64,000 nucleotides of DNA from Mytilus edulis (lineage: Eukaryota), in NCBI RefSeq assembly GCF_963676685.1, contig NC_092351.1, positions 40,858,001-40,922,000 on the forward strand, given 5' to 3'. The position numbers were made by a program, and so were the translations under genes. Shown one piece after another: positions 1 to 13,952 of this stretch. Numbering within the stretch: the first letter of the stretch is position 1; the number at the start of each line of letters is the position of its first letter. The notes beneath the pieces were generated by a model, which had not been told where the DNA came from, did not search any database, and worked only from the letters and a program-made list of their open reading frames with translations.

Positions 1-213
1 TGATAATAGTGTTGATATATTTTCAAAGACAAAGATTTAGATTGGCCAAAAAATTGAACTAATCTCTCCAACAAATTACAGTATACATTAGATTTCCTCT
101 AAGCTGAGTACAAAATAATGTAATTTGTACCAGTACTTTGATACAACATGTATTTCCTATAAGTACATTGTACATGACATAAAAAACAAAATAAATATCA
201 CAATGATTTAAAT

Positions 214-1602
214 CTAAACGTCTAATACTTGTCCTGACACTTCTTTAGCAACAATGTGAAATCCACCCGATTTCCGAGACAGTAGCGCTAATACAATACC
301 ACACGTTTCCATAGTTATACAAACAGGAAGTAATAAAATTGGTGATATACAGAGAAATAAAAATCTAACTACACCTAAACGTCTATAGTTAAAAGATTTT
401 GTTGAACCAAATACAAATAGAAATAGCATGACCCCACCCATAAAACCACATAAAAAATTGACTATTTGTGGCATGGGCAGTGGACAAAGTGGCACTAATA
501 TAATGTTTGGTACGGTAAACGGCATTGACAGCCAACCAAGTACCATGAAAGATATGCCAAATTTGTACTTTGGAGGTATAGATGGACATAATAAAGTCAT
601 TATAATTCCCTGAACCCAACGTTTTCTTTGTCGAATATAATCCATTGGTGAAAACGTACTTTTTTCCCACATTTCTCCTTCAATGAATCCGAACTGATAA
701 CCACTTTTCCAAGCTGTCAATGCGAAAAAACAATCTTCAGCAATACTTCCGTCTATTCCAAAATCAAAAGTGACTTTTCTTTCAACTCCTGCATTTACAA
801 CTACAAAACTCCCCTTCCAGCTAAATAGAGGCTTATGAAGATAATTTAAGCTAAATCTTAAAATTCCAAAGTCAATTCCAACTCGCACTAAATCTGCTAT
901 GGTTGTAATCCAACTGATAATTTCTTCATTAGCATAAGTGATGACACCCTGACCTAGCTGGTATTTATCTTCATGAATGAAATTAATGATTCCTATGACA
1001 GAAGATTCAGTTAATAAAGTCTCTTCGTCAAGATGTACTATCCAATCGTTATTTGATAACATGTTGACTCCATCTTCTAAACAATATTGTAACGCCCTAG
1101 CTTTGTATAGAGTACCATTGGCAGTGGTGTATGTTGACGGCACAACAAGTTCACGAGCACGTGTACTTTTCTGCATGTCAATTGATTTGTCTGTTACAAC
1201 TTCGAATATATAATTATCCAAGCCAACCAATGAACACATTTCAATATTCCTACCAACATTTCGCTTCACTAAATCTGGATATGTTCCTCTAGTCACAACA
1301 CGGAAACAAATGAAAGGACCAAATAATGTGGACATTTTTAACTTTGGTTTTCTTGGATGAGTGTTGAACATGACAATTCCTAGAAAGTTGCAGATGGACA
1401 ATGGAAGTGGAATTAGTGTCATGTACCTCATAATATACATGATAATTGTTGGCCATTTTCCATAGGCCTCATAAGGATCGAAAGAATTATCTGGAGAACT
1501 CAATCCCCCACTTAGGACACAGAAGATCAACAAAATGGCTAGCAGTAATAACACTGTAAGACAATGTCTAACGTTGAGCATCCTTCTGGTAATCATAGCC
1601 AT
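214..1602 (-). CDS. egh: Beta-1,4-mannosyltransferase egghead/BRE-3-like (GT2 family), single coding exon
   Basis: 462-aa ORF with N-terminal TM segments and ICFRVVTRG, YKARALQYCLE, WIVHLDEET, GSIAED and RQRKRW (QxxRW) motifs, then C-terminal TM helices, as in egh/bre-3. Splice acceptor (tttctaatttcag) ~22 nt upstream of the ATG. Confidence 0.92.
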   Translation of the reverse strand: MAMITRRMLNVRHCLTVLLLLAILLIFCVLSGGLSSPDNSFDPYEAYGKWPTIIMYIMRYMTLIPLPLSICNFLGIVMFNTHPRKPKLKMSTLFGPFICFRVVTRGTYPDLVKRNVGRNIEMCSLVGLDNYIFEVVTDKSIDMQKSTRARELVVPSTYTTANGTLYKARALQYCLEDGVNMLSNNDWIVHLDEETLLTESSVIGIINFIHEDKYQLGQGVITYANEEIISWITTIADLVRVGIDFGILRFSLNYLHKPLFSWKGSFVVVNAGVERKVTFDFGIDGSIAEDCFFALTAWKSGYQFGFIEGEMWEKSTFSPMDYIRQRKRWVQGIIMTLLCPSIPPKYKFGISFMVLGWLSMPFTVPNIILVPLCPLPMPQIVNFLCGFMGGVMLFLFVFGSTKSFNYRRLGVVRFLFLCISPILLLPVCITMETCGIVLALLSRKSGGFHIVAKEVSGQVLDV

Positions 1603-1848
1603 GGTTTTGGATTAGTTGGTTTATCTGAAATTAGAAATGGAAATTGTACACAATCAAATATCTTCCAGTTATTAATCATAGCCATGATTTGAGACTAGTC
1701 GGTTTATTTGAAATTATTATTAGAAATGAAATAGTTGGTTCATCTGAAATTAGAAATGAAAATAATTGTACTCATTCAATTTTTTTCTGGTAATCATAGC
1801 CATGGTTTTTGATAAGTTGGTTGATCTGAAATTAGAAATGGAAATTGT
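1586..1848 (-). repeat. Tandem re-duplication of the egh acceptor + start-codon cassette
   Basis: The unit taatcatagccatg..gttggtt.atctgaaattagaaatg recurs at ~1586-1648, ~1673-1730, partially at ~1732-1770, and at ~1787-1848. Confidence 0.85.
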
Positions 1849-2483
1849 TCCCGATAAAATTGTGTGGACTTTACAACTTAACACTGCACCGACATGCCAT
1901 ACATATTGAAATTATATTCTGTTATATGTAATATAACTCTGAGATAAACTTGTCATTTCATTGATTTCTATTCTTTTCTTTGAATAATTTATCAATACTG
2001 ATATCATTGTCCTTGGAACTAATAACTTTTTTACACCACATAACAGAATTTTACCATACTTTTGCCTAATAATTTATTGAATTAAATTTTTATGTTGTTT
2101 TGAAATATTATTTTTTTCAGTCATGTCGTTAGATATTAATCATTAGTTAAACTATTTCAGGATCAAACATAACATTGTGTTGACAACAATTAATAGTTAA
2201 TTATATTCCATACATGTGATTCTTCCGGTGGGAGTCAAAATCTCACGCTTTTAAGCCCCTCTTCCATCCCTCCCGTTAAAATTTGAAATCTTCCGCTTTT
2301 TGAAAATGTCAACCTTGAAAAAATTTCAGTCGAAATTTTTGTTTACAAAATTGATACTGACAGAGAAAAAGTCTGAGAAACTAGAAATTGATATCGTAAA
2401 ATCTAATTCCATCATTGATGTGTACACAGTTTTGTCATAATTTACTGTAGCATAGAGTTTTAGCCTACAGCTTCTTTCTCATA

Positions 2484-2766
2484 AATAAACTCATCATAGA
2501 TACCTTGGGGATGAAAATGTGAATGCCAGTCACACATTTCATCTACAAAAAACTTGTCAATGACGATCCAAATAAAAATATTTAAAAAGGCCAAATAAAG
2601 AAGGAAGTTAAAGAGCATTGATGACCCAAATTCTGAATGGTTTGCCAAATACAGCTAATGTAATCTATTCCTGGGTAGAAAACGCTTTATATTTAGAAAA
2701 AAGTCAATGTTTTGTAAAAGAGATTATTAATAATTATAACCATATCAATGATTATTCATGTCAACA
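2484..2766 (-). repeat. Degenerate retrozyme-family repeat fragment
   Basis: Shares aaataaactcatcatagatacc with 60850, and aagagcattga..ccaaatt..gctaa.gtaatctat.cctggg..ttcatgtcaaca with the repeats at 39.3-39.8 and 48.4-48.5 kb. Confidence 0.6.
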
Positions 2767-5051
2767 AAGATACACAAGATAAGCATATAGTACATAATAA
2801 CATATGATTATTATGATTTAGGAACTTTGGGCTGTTAGTCACAAAGTTGCTCCCCTAGACTCAATGTAAAAAAAAAAAAACTACCTACCTACCCTGTTTT
2901 TTTTCAGCATGTGACAGTAAACATACATACTTTTTGTTTGGCCTTATCATATTCAAGACTAAAAATATTTTCATCATTTTATGAAATAAAGATAAGAAAA
3001 TCCAACATTCTGATTAAACTCGAGGGATTAAAAAAGCTTTTCTGACTGATACTTTTATACTATGACTGATTAAACTGCACCTACCCAGTATTGTTGATTC
3101 ATCATTTTTCAATAATTTCATTGATAGATGCCTGAACCATGAAATGCAATTGTCAATCAAATATTAATTTCATATATGCTTGAACGGAAAATTTTAGCAA
3201 AGCTGAAATCTAGTATCAAAGAAAATATGATATTTTCTTCAAACCATGAAAATAAACAACTTCACATGCAGTACTATAGAATGATCAAAACTACACTCAC
3301 CCTGTATCAATTTTAAACTTGTTATTACAATAAACAGGGAAGTGACACATTTCCTGTTTTTCTTATTGTGTCTTTATTCACATCCTTAAAATTCACAATC
3401 CCATTGAAGCTTTTTTTTTTCGATCACACTAGGTTACTTTTTACATGTTATAAAAGGAGAAGGTATAATTATAGGACTGTATGATCCCTTTTCACAAGAA
3501 ACTAAAATAAAGTAGACGTTTGGATTTGTTTAAATTTTTTCACAATTTTATAAATTTGAACTTTTACAACCTTTCAAAAAAAAATCTTGCGGTCAAATAC
3601 AGGTAAACCCTCATTATTAACACATACATCACTAGCATAAAATAGTTTTCAATCAGAGAGACAACAATTACTTATTAAGAGATTGAATTTGTTAACTTGA
3701 AAGAAAAGTACAATAGCTCATCTATATTTACCTAGTATACATGTAATGGAATTACAAAGAATAAAGAAGTTGTGGGATAGAGCCAAGTTTTCATTTCCCT
3801 CTAGTTTAGGTAAAACAAATTGTATTTCCCACATGTAATTGATATTCAAATTGATACATCAGTTAAAAGTCACTCTACAGTGCAAAACATACCCATTAAA
3901 CACATACCGATAATCAAAGTTTAGTTACTTACATTTTTAAAAGAGTAAAAAGAAGATCCAATTGAGGATTACAACAAATTTTGCAATAACAAACATGCAA
4001 TAAATTGAAATCAATGGTTCATTGTTGTCCTAACTCTCAGTCAGAGTCAGACATGAATATCCTACCCATAGTTGTAGCACAATGTAAACGAACAAGGTGT
4101 TTGCTCAAGGACAATACCGAAAATGAACATTAAAAAAATAAATAAATTACCCCAGTGACAGAAGAAAGCAATGATAAATCAATACAAATGATTTCTGACA
4201 TTAATCACACGTACCATGATAATCTAAATAAAATGAAATACTTTTCTTACCAAAATGAATATCATAAAAGTACAAATAAATTAAAATCCTGTTAGAAACA
4301 AATTTTTAAGTGTTAGAAACACACTTTTGAGATGGATCATCTGTATATATTTCCTACGATAGGATTTTCTAATACTTTGCCAAAATGAAGATTTCACTTA
4401 CTTTTTTTCAAAAATATAATAAATGATAAGGGTCACAAAAAATAAACTTAAAATCCTGTCAAAAACACACTTTTAGCAGTAGGAAAAAGTTTAAAAGCTA
4501 TCACATGACCTAAACAACTGATTAGAAACTGGGATTAAAATGTTTATCATATTCAGTAAAATTAATTACAATAGAGATAATAAATCAAGATGTTGCACAT
4601 AATGTATTTTGCAAAGTTTATGGATTTCATTGACATGCACACTAAATAACCAGGGGGTAGATATCAGTTTATATGTAATATTTTTAGCAATCAGTTATAT
4701 TCAATGGATAAACAGCATGCTATTTACAATGACCATATATTTTCATGGTCTAACTTTGTACTGATACAAACAAAATCAATTAGATCCAACAATGAGAATT
4801 ATAATGCAAGGAAATGTACAATTAAATCTTTCTTACACAGCTGTATGTTTCTTTTCATTCAATTTTCTAAATATTTTTACATTTTTTGTTTTTCAGGAAA
4901 AAAAACCCAGTTTTTATATTTTCTATTTAATTATAAAGTCCACATCAACCTTTTTTTCCTGAAATTAGTGAATTTGATGTAGCATCAATTCATTATTTAA
5001 AAAAAATTACACATTTTTTTATGTTTATTTTTAACCAATTACTATTGATTC

Positions 5052-5055
<4 letters not shown>

Positions 5056-5092
<37 letters not shown>
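5056..5092 (+). repeat. Poly-T tract (~37 nt)
   Basis: Homopolymer run. Confidence 0.9.
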
Positions 5093-5096
<4 letters not shown>

Positions 5097-7312
5097 ATAA
5101 TAGATAAGGGGAGATAACTCAAACCCTACATTTTTTTTTAAAGAATTCATTGTAAATTCATCTATACCTGTGTAGCAATAAAACTGTAGATGTTTTCAGA
5201 TGTTATATTAATTGTAATAGCATAACATAATTATAGTAATCAAAGATAATAAGAAGTTAAAAGTATAACTCACCAACGCATATACAATGTATATCAAATA
5301 TATAAAAATCCAGAAGTCATATGTCTGACAATGGCTATAGGAGTCTGTAGAAAAACATGAATCATGCAACATATTTTTACCTGTTGCAAAAATTGCATGA
5401 ATATATCTTTTCTGTTAAAGTTCAAAGTCCACTCTTATTCATTACTTTTATTCACGATCATTTTTTGTATTCTTGGTTTAAAAATATTTTTAAAAGTTAA
5501 TGATAGCTTTTACAGAAATCCTTTTTTTTTCATTCTTTCATGCCTTTCTGTCAAATTCAAGTACTTAGTGAAGCTTGCAGTAAATGTTATTTTCAGAATT
5601 ACAGATAGATTGCTGCTGGCTTAACATGCTTAAGGGTCAGATAAATATGGATATGTTACCTATACCTCAGCAGATTGTGACAGCGTAAAAAACAGGGTTA
5701 CAGGCTACTCAAACCTAAAATTCCAGACCAATAAATATTCCCCAAGCATAAAGATGTTCTTATAATATTAATTAGAATTTAAAGATGTACAGTAAATTTC
5801 AAATCTTCCTTTTTTGGTCCCCAATGACTAGCTGGTAGCACACGTTTCTATAACCATGAAAGTAATATCTAAATATTACTTCCATTCTATAACTGATTAC
5901 AAATTTTTAAATATAGGTTTAAATGAAGGTCACATTTATTTCTGTATCAAGTGTCATACTTAGCAATTACATATGGACGAACAAACTTTTAAATGAATAT
6001 ACACATGTATAAAAGTGTTATGATGTGACCACTTGAACTATGATTTTGTCAACTTCAATAAATTTTGAATGTGACATCTTTCATTTACACATGAAAGGAA
6101 ACATATATACATGTAGAACTGTGTTTCACATCTTTAAATAAACTGCCCTTATTTTAAAAAAAAAATGTGGCATTTTAGGAATATTTTTCCACCCTCTGTA
6201 TATCAAGTGGGTCTTTATAGTACTTCAAAATAATTGTACAATTTGGGTACCATCATTTCACATTTAAAGTACTGGATCATATGCCAAGTTTACACATGTA
6301 AAGTAACAGTTTTGTACTTTTAATGCATACAGTATAGGTACAAAACTTTCTTTTGTATCAGTCCAGTTCTTTAAATTAAATAATATAATCAGTCACAAAT
6401 ACCCAAATTTCACATATTTAGTAAAATAGCAGCAGAAATATTACAAGTTCTTTTAGAGACTTAACAATTAGTATGCTATGGAAAAATATAAAAAATCAGA
6501 ATATATTTACAAGATAAACACAGAAGATCAGGAAGGGTATACAGAACTGCTCCACATGTGGCACCCTCATGTTGCTCATGTAAGTAAAAACCTGTAAATA
6601 TTAGTATTACCATAGGTCACATTAGGGGGGAAAGGGGAAAGTGGATGAGATTGTAAAATCATGGTACAAAAATTGTACTATAGTTAAGGAGCATTTCATT
6701 ACTAATACATTACATAGGTGCATTTGTACTCTAAGTGTTGAAATACTAATAAAAATAAAAGAAAATATCATTTTCCTGATAACTTATACTTATATGTATA
6801 CATATTTTATAATGAAGTCACTCACTGATACAAGTAAAATATACTACCTACATGTATTTATCTTGGTTCTAGTTTGATATCTTCTGGGTCCATGCTACCT
6901 GTGTTAGTGTTGTCTCCTACCCATATCTATAGAGATAAAAATATGACGTCAGAAAGGTGAAACATTTACAGGTAAAAATGAACAATTATAGCAATTATCA
7001 TCACACCTTCTGTCAGCTAATTGAATTATATTCTGATGGGGAATATACAAAAATCAATTTGACGTATATATATATATATATATATATAGATAGACAGTCA
7101 AGAAAAATGTAATGAATACAGTTCTCATGTGACAATGTGATCAGAATACAACATAACAATTCCTCAAATAACTCCTGCTGTAATAAATGATACATTAAAT
7201 GTTAATTTTAAAACTGTTTATAAATAATAAATTAGTTTACCCTGACTACCTTCCTTTTGTGGTATTGAACCTTCTGGTAAAATTTCCAAGAGATCCATTC
7301 ACTTACTGAAGT

Positions 7313-7521
7313 TACTGTAGATTCAGAAATTATTGTGAGGTTTTTATTATTGTGAAAAATGCGACAGAGTTGTAAACGCAATAGTTTAAACTCGCAATTT
7401 GAAATATTTTATATGAATTAAACAGAACTTTTCTCAAAATTGTAAAAATTAAATCTCATTTAAGTTTTAAATGACAAAATCCCATTAATAAATGCACGCA
7501 ATCATTTCTGAATTTACAGTA
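7313..7521. mobile_element. MITE with TA ends (Tc1/mariner-like)
   Basis: Inverted ends tactgtagattcagaaattattg / caatcatttctgaatttacagta. Confidence 0.7.
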
Positions 7522-7994
7522 TTGTCTAGTAACCACATGTGTCTTCCAACGATGTCACCAACAACAACGACAACATCATACAATTATAGGAACGCACAAT
7601 TATGACTATTCTTTGTGTCTTGAAATGTGTGCTGCAATGCAACTGTTGTAATAGATTGCCAATTGCAAAGCATAATTATTCTTTTCTCATGTTTTCAGTT
7701 ATAGTGTGTCTGAAGGCAAAATAATCCAATATTTTGTTATGGATGATGAAGAGATTTAAATACAATTTACTGTGTTTTGTCATTTTCCCATTTTGATAAA
7801 AAAAAAAATGTTGACACAAGGATAAGATTTGCCAATATAAAATGTTTGTGGTATAAAGCAAATGACAATACTGTAACATGATAATTATGAAAAACATTCA
7901 AAGTCAATAAACCTTCAGGCCTGACTGAGGGTTTAGGGCAAAACAATCTCTGTGGAAATGACAAACCACCAAAAATGAATGAGCTGTCAAATTC

Positions 7995-9405
7995 GGCATG
8001 TACTAAAAGGTTGAGTGGAGTGGAGTTGTGGAGTGGTGGAGTGCTTGAGTTTTTGAGTGGAGTTTTGGGTTAAAAAGTTTTGAAATTAAACCAATTTATA
8101 AGATATTTTTGTATACATATATGTACCTATAAAATCACAGAATAAATGTTTCAACAGCGTCTAACTCCATTCAAGTAAATTATACCAATATTAATTCACC
8201 TTGGATGTGTCAGGGTCTTTCAGCAATTTTACCTTAGTTATCAACATTCTGGTGTAAATAATTGTACATGTAAAGCAAAGTTAAAATTATAAATTACTAG
8301 CATATTCAAAAACAAAAGCATCAACAGAACAGTCTTTAGCGAGAAAAACGACACTTAGATTCTGTATATTGCAACTGAAAAAGATATGAATTTGCTAATT
8401 TGGTAAAGATCTATGTATCTCTGGCATGCCAATATACATCTATTGTTCATTTGTCCACCCCCCTTAACCTCTCCCCTGCGTATCACATTGTGTGGGGCAT
8501 GGAAATACTGGGCGTCCAGTGTCTGTCCGTTCAGTCTTGGTAGCGCTCTCAAGGGTGCAATTCTTGTCAGATTTTTATTAAACTTATTTATACTATAGGT
8601 TAATATCTGTAATATTTTGGGCAAGTTCTATAATGTGGACGATCGATTTTTTCAAAGAGTTATTCCCTTTGAAAATATAAAATATGTGCAACGCAGGTTA
8701 TACATTGGAACTCTGTTCTTTTATTAAATCAAGAATCATACCTTTGTCTGTTTGACATAAATTATATAGTTTTATTCAATGATCAATCAATGATTTTTTT
8801 CTCAATTTTTTTTTCAATATCAAACCTGTCCAATAAAATTTTGGCCATTACATCTACATGTATCTAAATATATCTAAATATATATACAAAATTTTAAAAC
8901 TCTTCAATATATATACAATTAATTTATTTATGCTTTTCAGTCTTGTTTTCATTATATGCAGCACATATAATGTGTGGTTTATTTTGATTTAACATCTGTT
9001 TATTTTATCAAATAAATCAAAACAACAACATTTTTCATCTACTAAAGTTATTTAGTTTCTGAGGTTATAGTAATGACAGTTTTATGGGTTCTATGGACAG
9101 GTGATGGTGGCTAGATACACTTTCACTATCTAATTTTAATTGGAGGAAACACACTATTTTAAATAGTACAGTCAGTTAAATTAACATGTTAGATCAAATC
9201 AAAGTGAAAATGTTGATTAAAAATTTAATTTTATAATAATATCATAGTCCATTGCTGCAATTTAATTTTTTTTTTTTTTTTTAACAAAAACCAATTTAAA
9301 ATGATTTTAGATAGATACTGAATTTTGGATATGTTAAGTATTTCACTCCATGACTCCACTCCAAAAGTCAAGCACTCGGCTCCACTCCACCTTTTAGCAC
9401 ATGCC
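7995..9405. mobile_element. Non-autonomous DNA transposon with 9-bp TSD (Mutator/MULE-like)
   Basis: TIRs ggcatgtactaaaaggttgagtggagt / ctccactccaccttttagcacatgcc with GGAGT subterminal repeats. GTCAAATTC is duplicated exactly at 7986-7994 and 9406-9414. Confidence 0.85.
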
Positions 9406-9807
9406 GTCAAATTCACAGCAAACCAGGTAATCTGTATTTTGAAAAGTGCTGTAAGGCTTTTGACCTGCCATAATTTCTAAGCCTATTTTGTTAAATCTAA
9501 AAGGGACCATAAATCCTGATGAGTGATGGGCAAAATTGAAAATCCTCAACATCAAACTTGATAACCACAAGCATATTAATATTTTAACCGCATTGTCTGA
9601 ACAATTTATAAGTAATTGCACAAGAGGAAGTATCTTTTAAAATATCTTGATCTCTCTTATTTTTCATTAATAACAAAAACATACAATTTTTTTAAGCACT
9701 GGTCGAGTGGTGTACAAAAACATTTAATAGAACTAGGTAAAAACATATACCGATAACTTCTCAAAGTAAAAATTGTCAAAATGAACTCATCAGAACCAAC
9801 ACATATT

Positions 9808-9962
9808 CAGGGGCGGATCCAGTCATTTAAAAAATGGGGGGTTCCCAACCCAGGACAAAGGGGGGGTTCCAACTATATGTCCCCATTCAAATGCATTGAT
9901 CGTCCAAAAAAAAGGGGGGGGGGGTTCCGACTCCTGGAACCCTCTCCCTGGATCCACCACTG
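9808..9962. mobile_element. Small MITE (CAGGGGCGGATCCAG ends), 6-bp TSD
   Basis: TIRs caggggcggatccag / ctggatccaccactg with CATATT on both flanks. A related inverted copy lies at ~12681-12783. Confidence 0.75.
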
Positions 9963-12269
9963 CATATTGTACTGTTATTTAAAACCATGGGTAAAAGAGT
10001 TTACTAAGAAATGGAACCTAAACAACATAAAGTGCCATTTTTAAATATGGTAAGTACCATAATTTCTAAAGGGTATAAGTGAAGATCATCAACAGTTTTA
10101 ACATATATATCAGATATTGAAAAGCATTGATTGAACTTTGAACGGTTCATGGAAACTGTTGGCAGTAGCTTGCTTGTCCGTCCACCACCCTTAACTAATC
10201 TAATAACATGATTTTCCTTTTGGAATACCAAGTTAACAAAACACTACTTACTTAACAGGGGCATTAGCTGTCCAATTCATTTTCACCATATCACTTCAAT
10301 TCTCATATTTGTTTTATAACATACTAAAACACATATATCCAAATTACAAAATATCCTAAGAAACAATTGAAAATGCATTTCTCATTATTATGTAATACCA
10401 TTTCATGCATATTTTAGACTAGACGCTGTCTGAATAACCTTGAATACCTCTCTAGAATGCAGCTGCTTATATAATTTGATCTAGTTATAAATACAATAGA
10501 CAGACAAGCATGTAAAATCTTATAATGATGATTTTTCTAGGTATGCATGATTTATAATATTCATAGATTAAAAAGATTTGTAAATCATTGTTTTACAGGT
10601 ATAAGAACTATTTTTTTTAAAAGGGGGAAAGGAGGGGAGGGGGGAGAATCTGTCAAAAAATTGTTCTTACTGATGGCAACACCCTTCTTAAATTTTTCAC
10701 AGTTTACCTTAACATCTGAATAATGATGGTAACATACACAACATTAATCTATGTATGGGTCAAATTAAAGATTGGGTGAAAACACTGTAGTAAGATTCAA
10801 ATTAGGTAAAATGGTTGACTTTCAAGAGATAATACATCAGCTATGTTTTTGTGCTGATTATGAAAACTTTAAACAAAAATCTGATTGCCAATAGTGAAAT
10901 ATTATTTTTATAATAAGCTCTTAAACTGTTTGAAAAATATGTTTCTATTTTTTTCTAAATTAAAGAAAGAACCCTTTAGTAATATAGAAAACATCTGAAT
11001 TATGTTTTGTTTCCTGAGAGACATACATGTATAATAATTCTCTGGTTTCTTTGATATAGATAGTGCAAGAAAATATACAGTAAGTTAGGAATATATAAAC
11101 ATTTTTGAAAACGATTCATTGATTTTGTTTATCTTTCTTTGCTTAGTTTATTATTTATGAAAAAATGGTTATGGACAAATAAAATAACTATGCATTCATG
11201 ATCCAGATAAATTGTCAATTTCTATCTGTATCGTTTTTTTCAATAATACCCCTTAAGCCTGGAAATGTCATGGTGGGTCTCATATCAATTCTTAAATAGC
11301 AAAATATATACAGTAACAATTCAAAAATGGAAGAAATGTCTTCTCATTTTGTTCATGTTCGTTTTGAATACCTTAATCAGAAAATAGAAACAAAATTTCA
11401 TTTACCTGTGACCATACATGTACAATAATTTAACGTAGCTCACCTTTATTAGACGACTAACACCACCTACAATCCTCCCTAATATTTGCTTTGGTTATTT
11501 CTTATCTGCAATTGATAAAGTGATTAAAAGACGTTAGTACTGATAACATTGCAATTTTATGTTTGTACTCATAAAATCTGAGGTGTATAACCAAGATTAT
11601 CAAGGGCAAACATTGATATCACCTTTTATGGAGGAAATCAATTCATGTATTAGAATCTTTATGGAATTTATTTACGATTATTGATTCTAAAAACCTCAGT
11701 AGAACTTTAAATGCCCAAATAACAAATGCTAATTTTCTGCATATTTTATTTAAGGAATGACTGTAATATTTTTTCTGTCTATGAAGAATTAAAATAAAAA
11801 ATTTGGTGCACACTGAATAATGTGCATAGCATAACAGTGTGCACCACATTTTTTATGTTATTTCGAATAGACAGAAAAAATATTACAGTCATTTCTTATA
11901 ATTTAATTCTAAATTCCATTTTAAACCGTAGAAAACCATGAAAAAACGTTGATGACGTCACGGTCACATGACTAAATTATGTCTATGGGCTGATAACAAA
12001 ATAACGTCAGCCAATCAGAAAACATGTAACATCCAAAATTAAACTATTTATGTATGTTAAGTATATTTTGTTTGCAAATTCAATTTTTAATCTAAAGTCG
12101 TTGTCTTTGAATTGAGAAAATATGTAAAAGTTTTTACAATATAAATGTATACAATAATAAGTCGACAAAGAAATGTGTCTAACTAATTACATGTTTATGT
12201 AATTTTTATAATATAATGTAAATGTTGAAATTAGAAAAGCAGAATACTTTGGCATGTTAAACATGCTAA

Positions 12270-12850
12270 CCATTCAAAGTCCATGAACCATGATTTGAAG
12301 ATGCAAGGCCAAAACAACCCCCATGGAAACGACAAATGTCAATGACATACAATTGCATACCATACAATTGACTTAAAATAAGGTGTTCCCTTAAAACTGT
12401 CCTAAACACAAACATTTAACATGTAAACTAATTAAAAGTTTCAAAGACAAAAGACAATGACAGAGGGAGTCCAGTCAAATAATTTCTATGGGAATGAGAA
12501 TTAAGTGTCAATGTTAATACAACTGCCTACCAGATATCATTGACCTATCACTAGTGGTTCCCTTAAACTGAATTATAAACTACTAATTTTAACATGTAAT
12601 CTAACCAAAAGTTTTAAAGACAAAAGACAATAACAGAGGAAGTATGGCTAAATAAACTTTATGGAAGTAAGATGAACCAACAGTAGCAGATACCCCACCC
12701 CCCCCCTTTTTGACGATTAATGCATTTGAATGGGGACCTGTAGTTGGAATCCCCCCTTTTTAAAATGGCTGGATCCTCCCCTGTGCCAATGTTACTACAA
12801 CTGCATATATATATATACCAGATATAGTTATTGACCTAACACTTAAGTGC
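12270..12850. mobile_element. Old Helentron-type repeat relic with a nested small MITE
   Basis: Degenerate ~180-bp repeats (caactgc.tacca.atat..ttgac.ta) resembling the 24-28 kb elements, interrupted at 12681-12783 by a reverse copy of the 9808 MITE. Confidence 0.5.
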
Positions 12851-13952
12851 TTCCCAGAATTCATTTTTCCAGTTTAAAAATTCAACCTGATATTTTGACA
12901 GATTCTCTTACGAGGATTTTGTTTGTTAATTTGATAATGATGTCAAGAATAGGCATTAAATAAAAGTCATGTAAAATAACACATATAAATTGATTTTCCT
13001 ATACATAATTACATTCTACCATATTCTTAAAGTAATTACCAATTAATCACAATAAAAATACAGAAGCATCGTTCTATTGGAAAATTACTGGTGGAGCTGT
13101 TTAATCTTTTTTGTCTCCCATTTAAATTTTTTATTCCACTGTAACCTAATTTATCATTCAAATTTCACACAGGATATCAATTATAACTTTTCACATGTCC
13201 TATATTTAGGCAATTTTTTAACAAATCTATGTTATTTTTCCTGTAACAAAATGTGACAACTTTTATAACCCTAGAATAATTTGGGAGATGGTGGTTGAAA
13301 TTCATTGGAAATTTACAAATTAAATTTGAGTTATCTCCCATTAATCATTTAATATTTTGTTTTTCATGCAACAGGTAACATATGAGGGTCTTTTCATCTT
13401 ATATTTAATGACAATATTTGATTCCATCTTTTTTACTTTATATTATGATTTATTAATTATTTTTTTTTAATGCTACACGATTAGTTTGTTAGCTGAATTA
13501 AACCAATATTCATTTGTATATATGTATATCTAAGTAGAAATAAAACAGTATAAATAAGGTACAAATATATATAGGTATTTCTTATTACCTAAAAAATAAT
13601 ATAACAGGACACATTTAAGATTTCAATTAGTTCCAGAAAACTTTTATTTTAAATTAAAATTATAAAAAGTGTACTACTGCAAGGATGATTAAAAATTGGC
13701 AGGTTAATTGTAATTTACAATATAAGAACTAATGTACTCATTAGACCTGACCCCCTGCCAGCTCACACTGTCATGTTTAGATTTTTGACCTTTTTGGTTT
13801 ACTATCTCAAATGTTTTATGACTTCTTTCCTGTTCTGATTGTTTGAAGTCAAATGGTGTTAAATACTACATGTATATATTAAAACAGACATCTGCATATT
13901 TTGTGTTAGGTTCCCTGTAGTTTTTCTTTCAAATTTGGGATGTTAAAAATGC

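Noticed and set aside
2800-13700. Many 60-90 aa ORFs and candidate 5' UTR exons of egh
   Set aside because: AT-rich low-complexity translations without motifs; the upstream exon cannot be located without transcripts.
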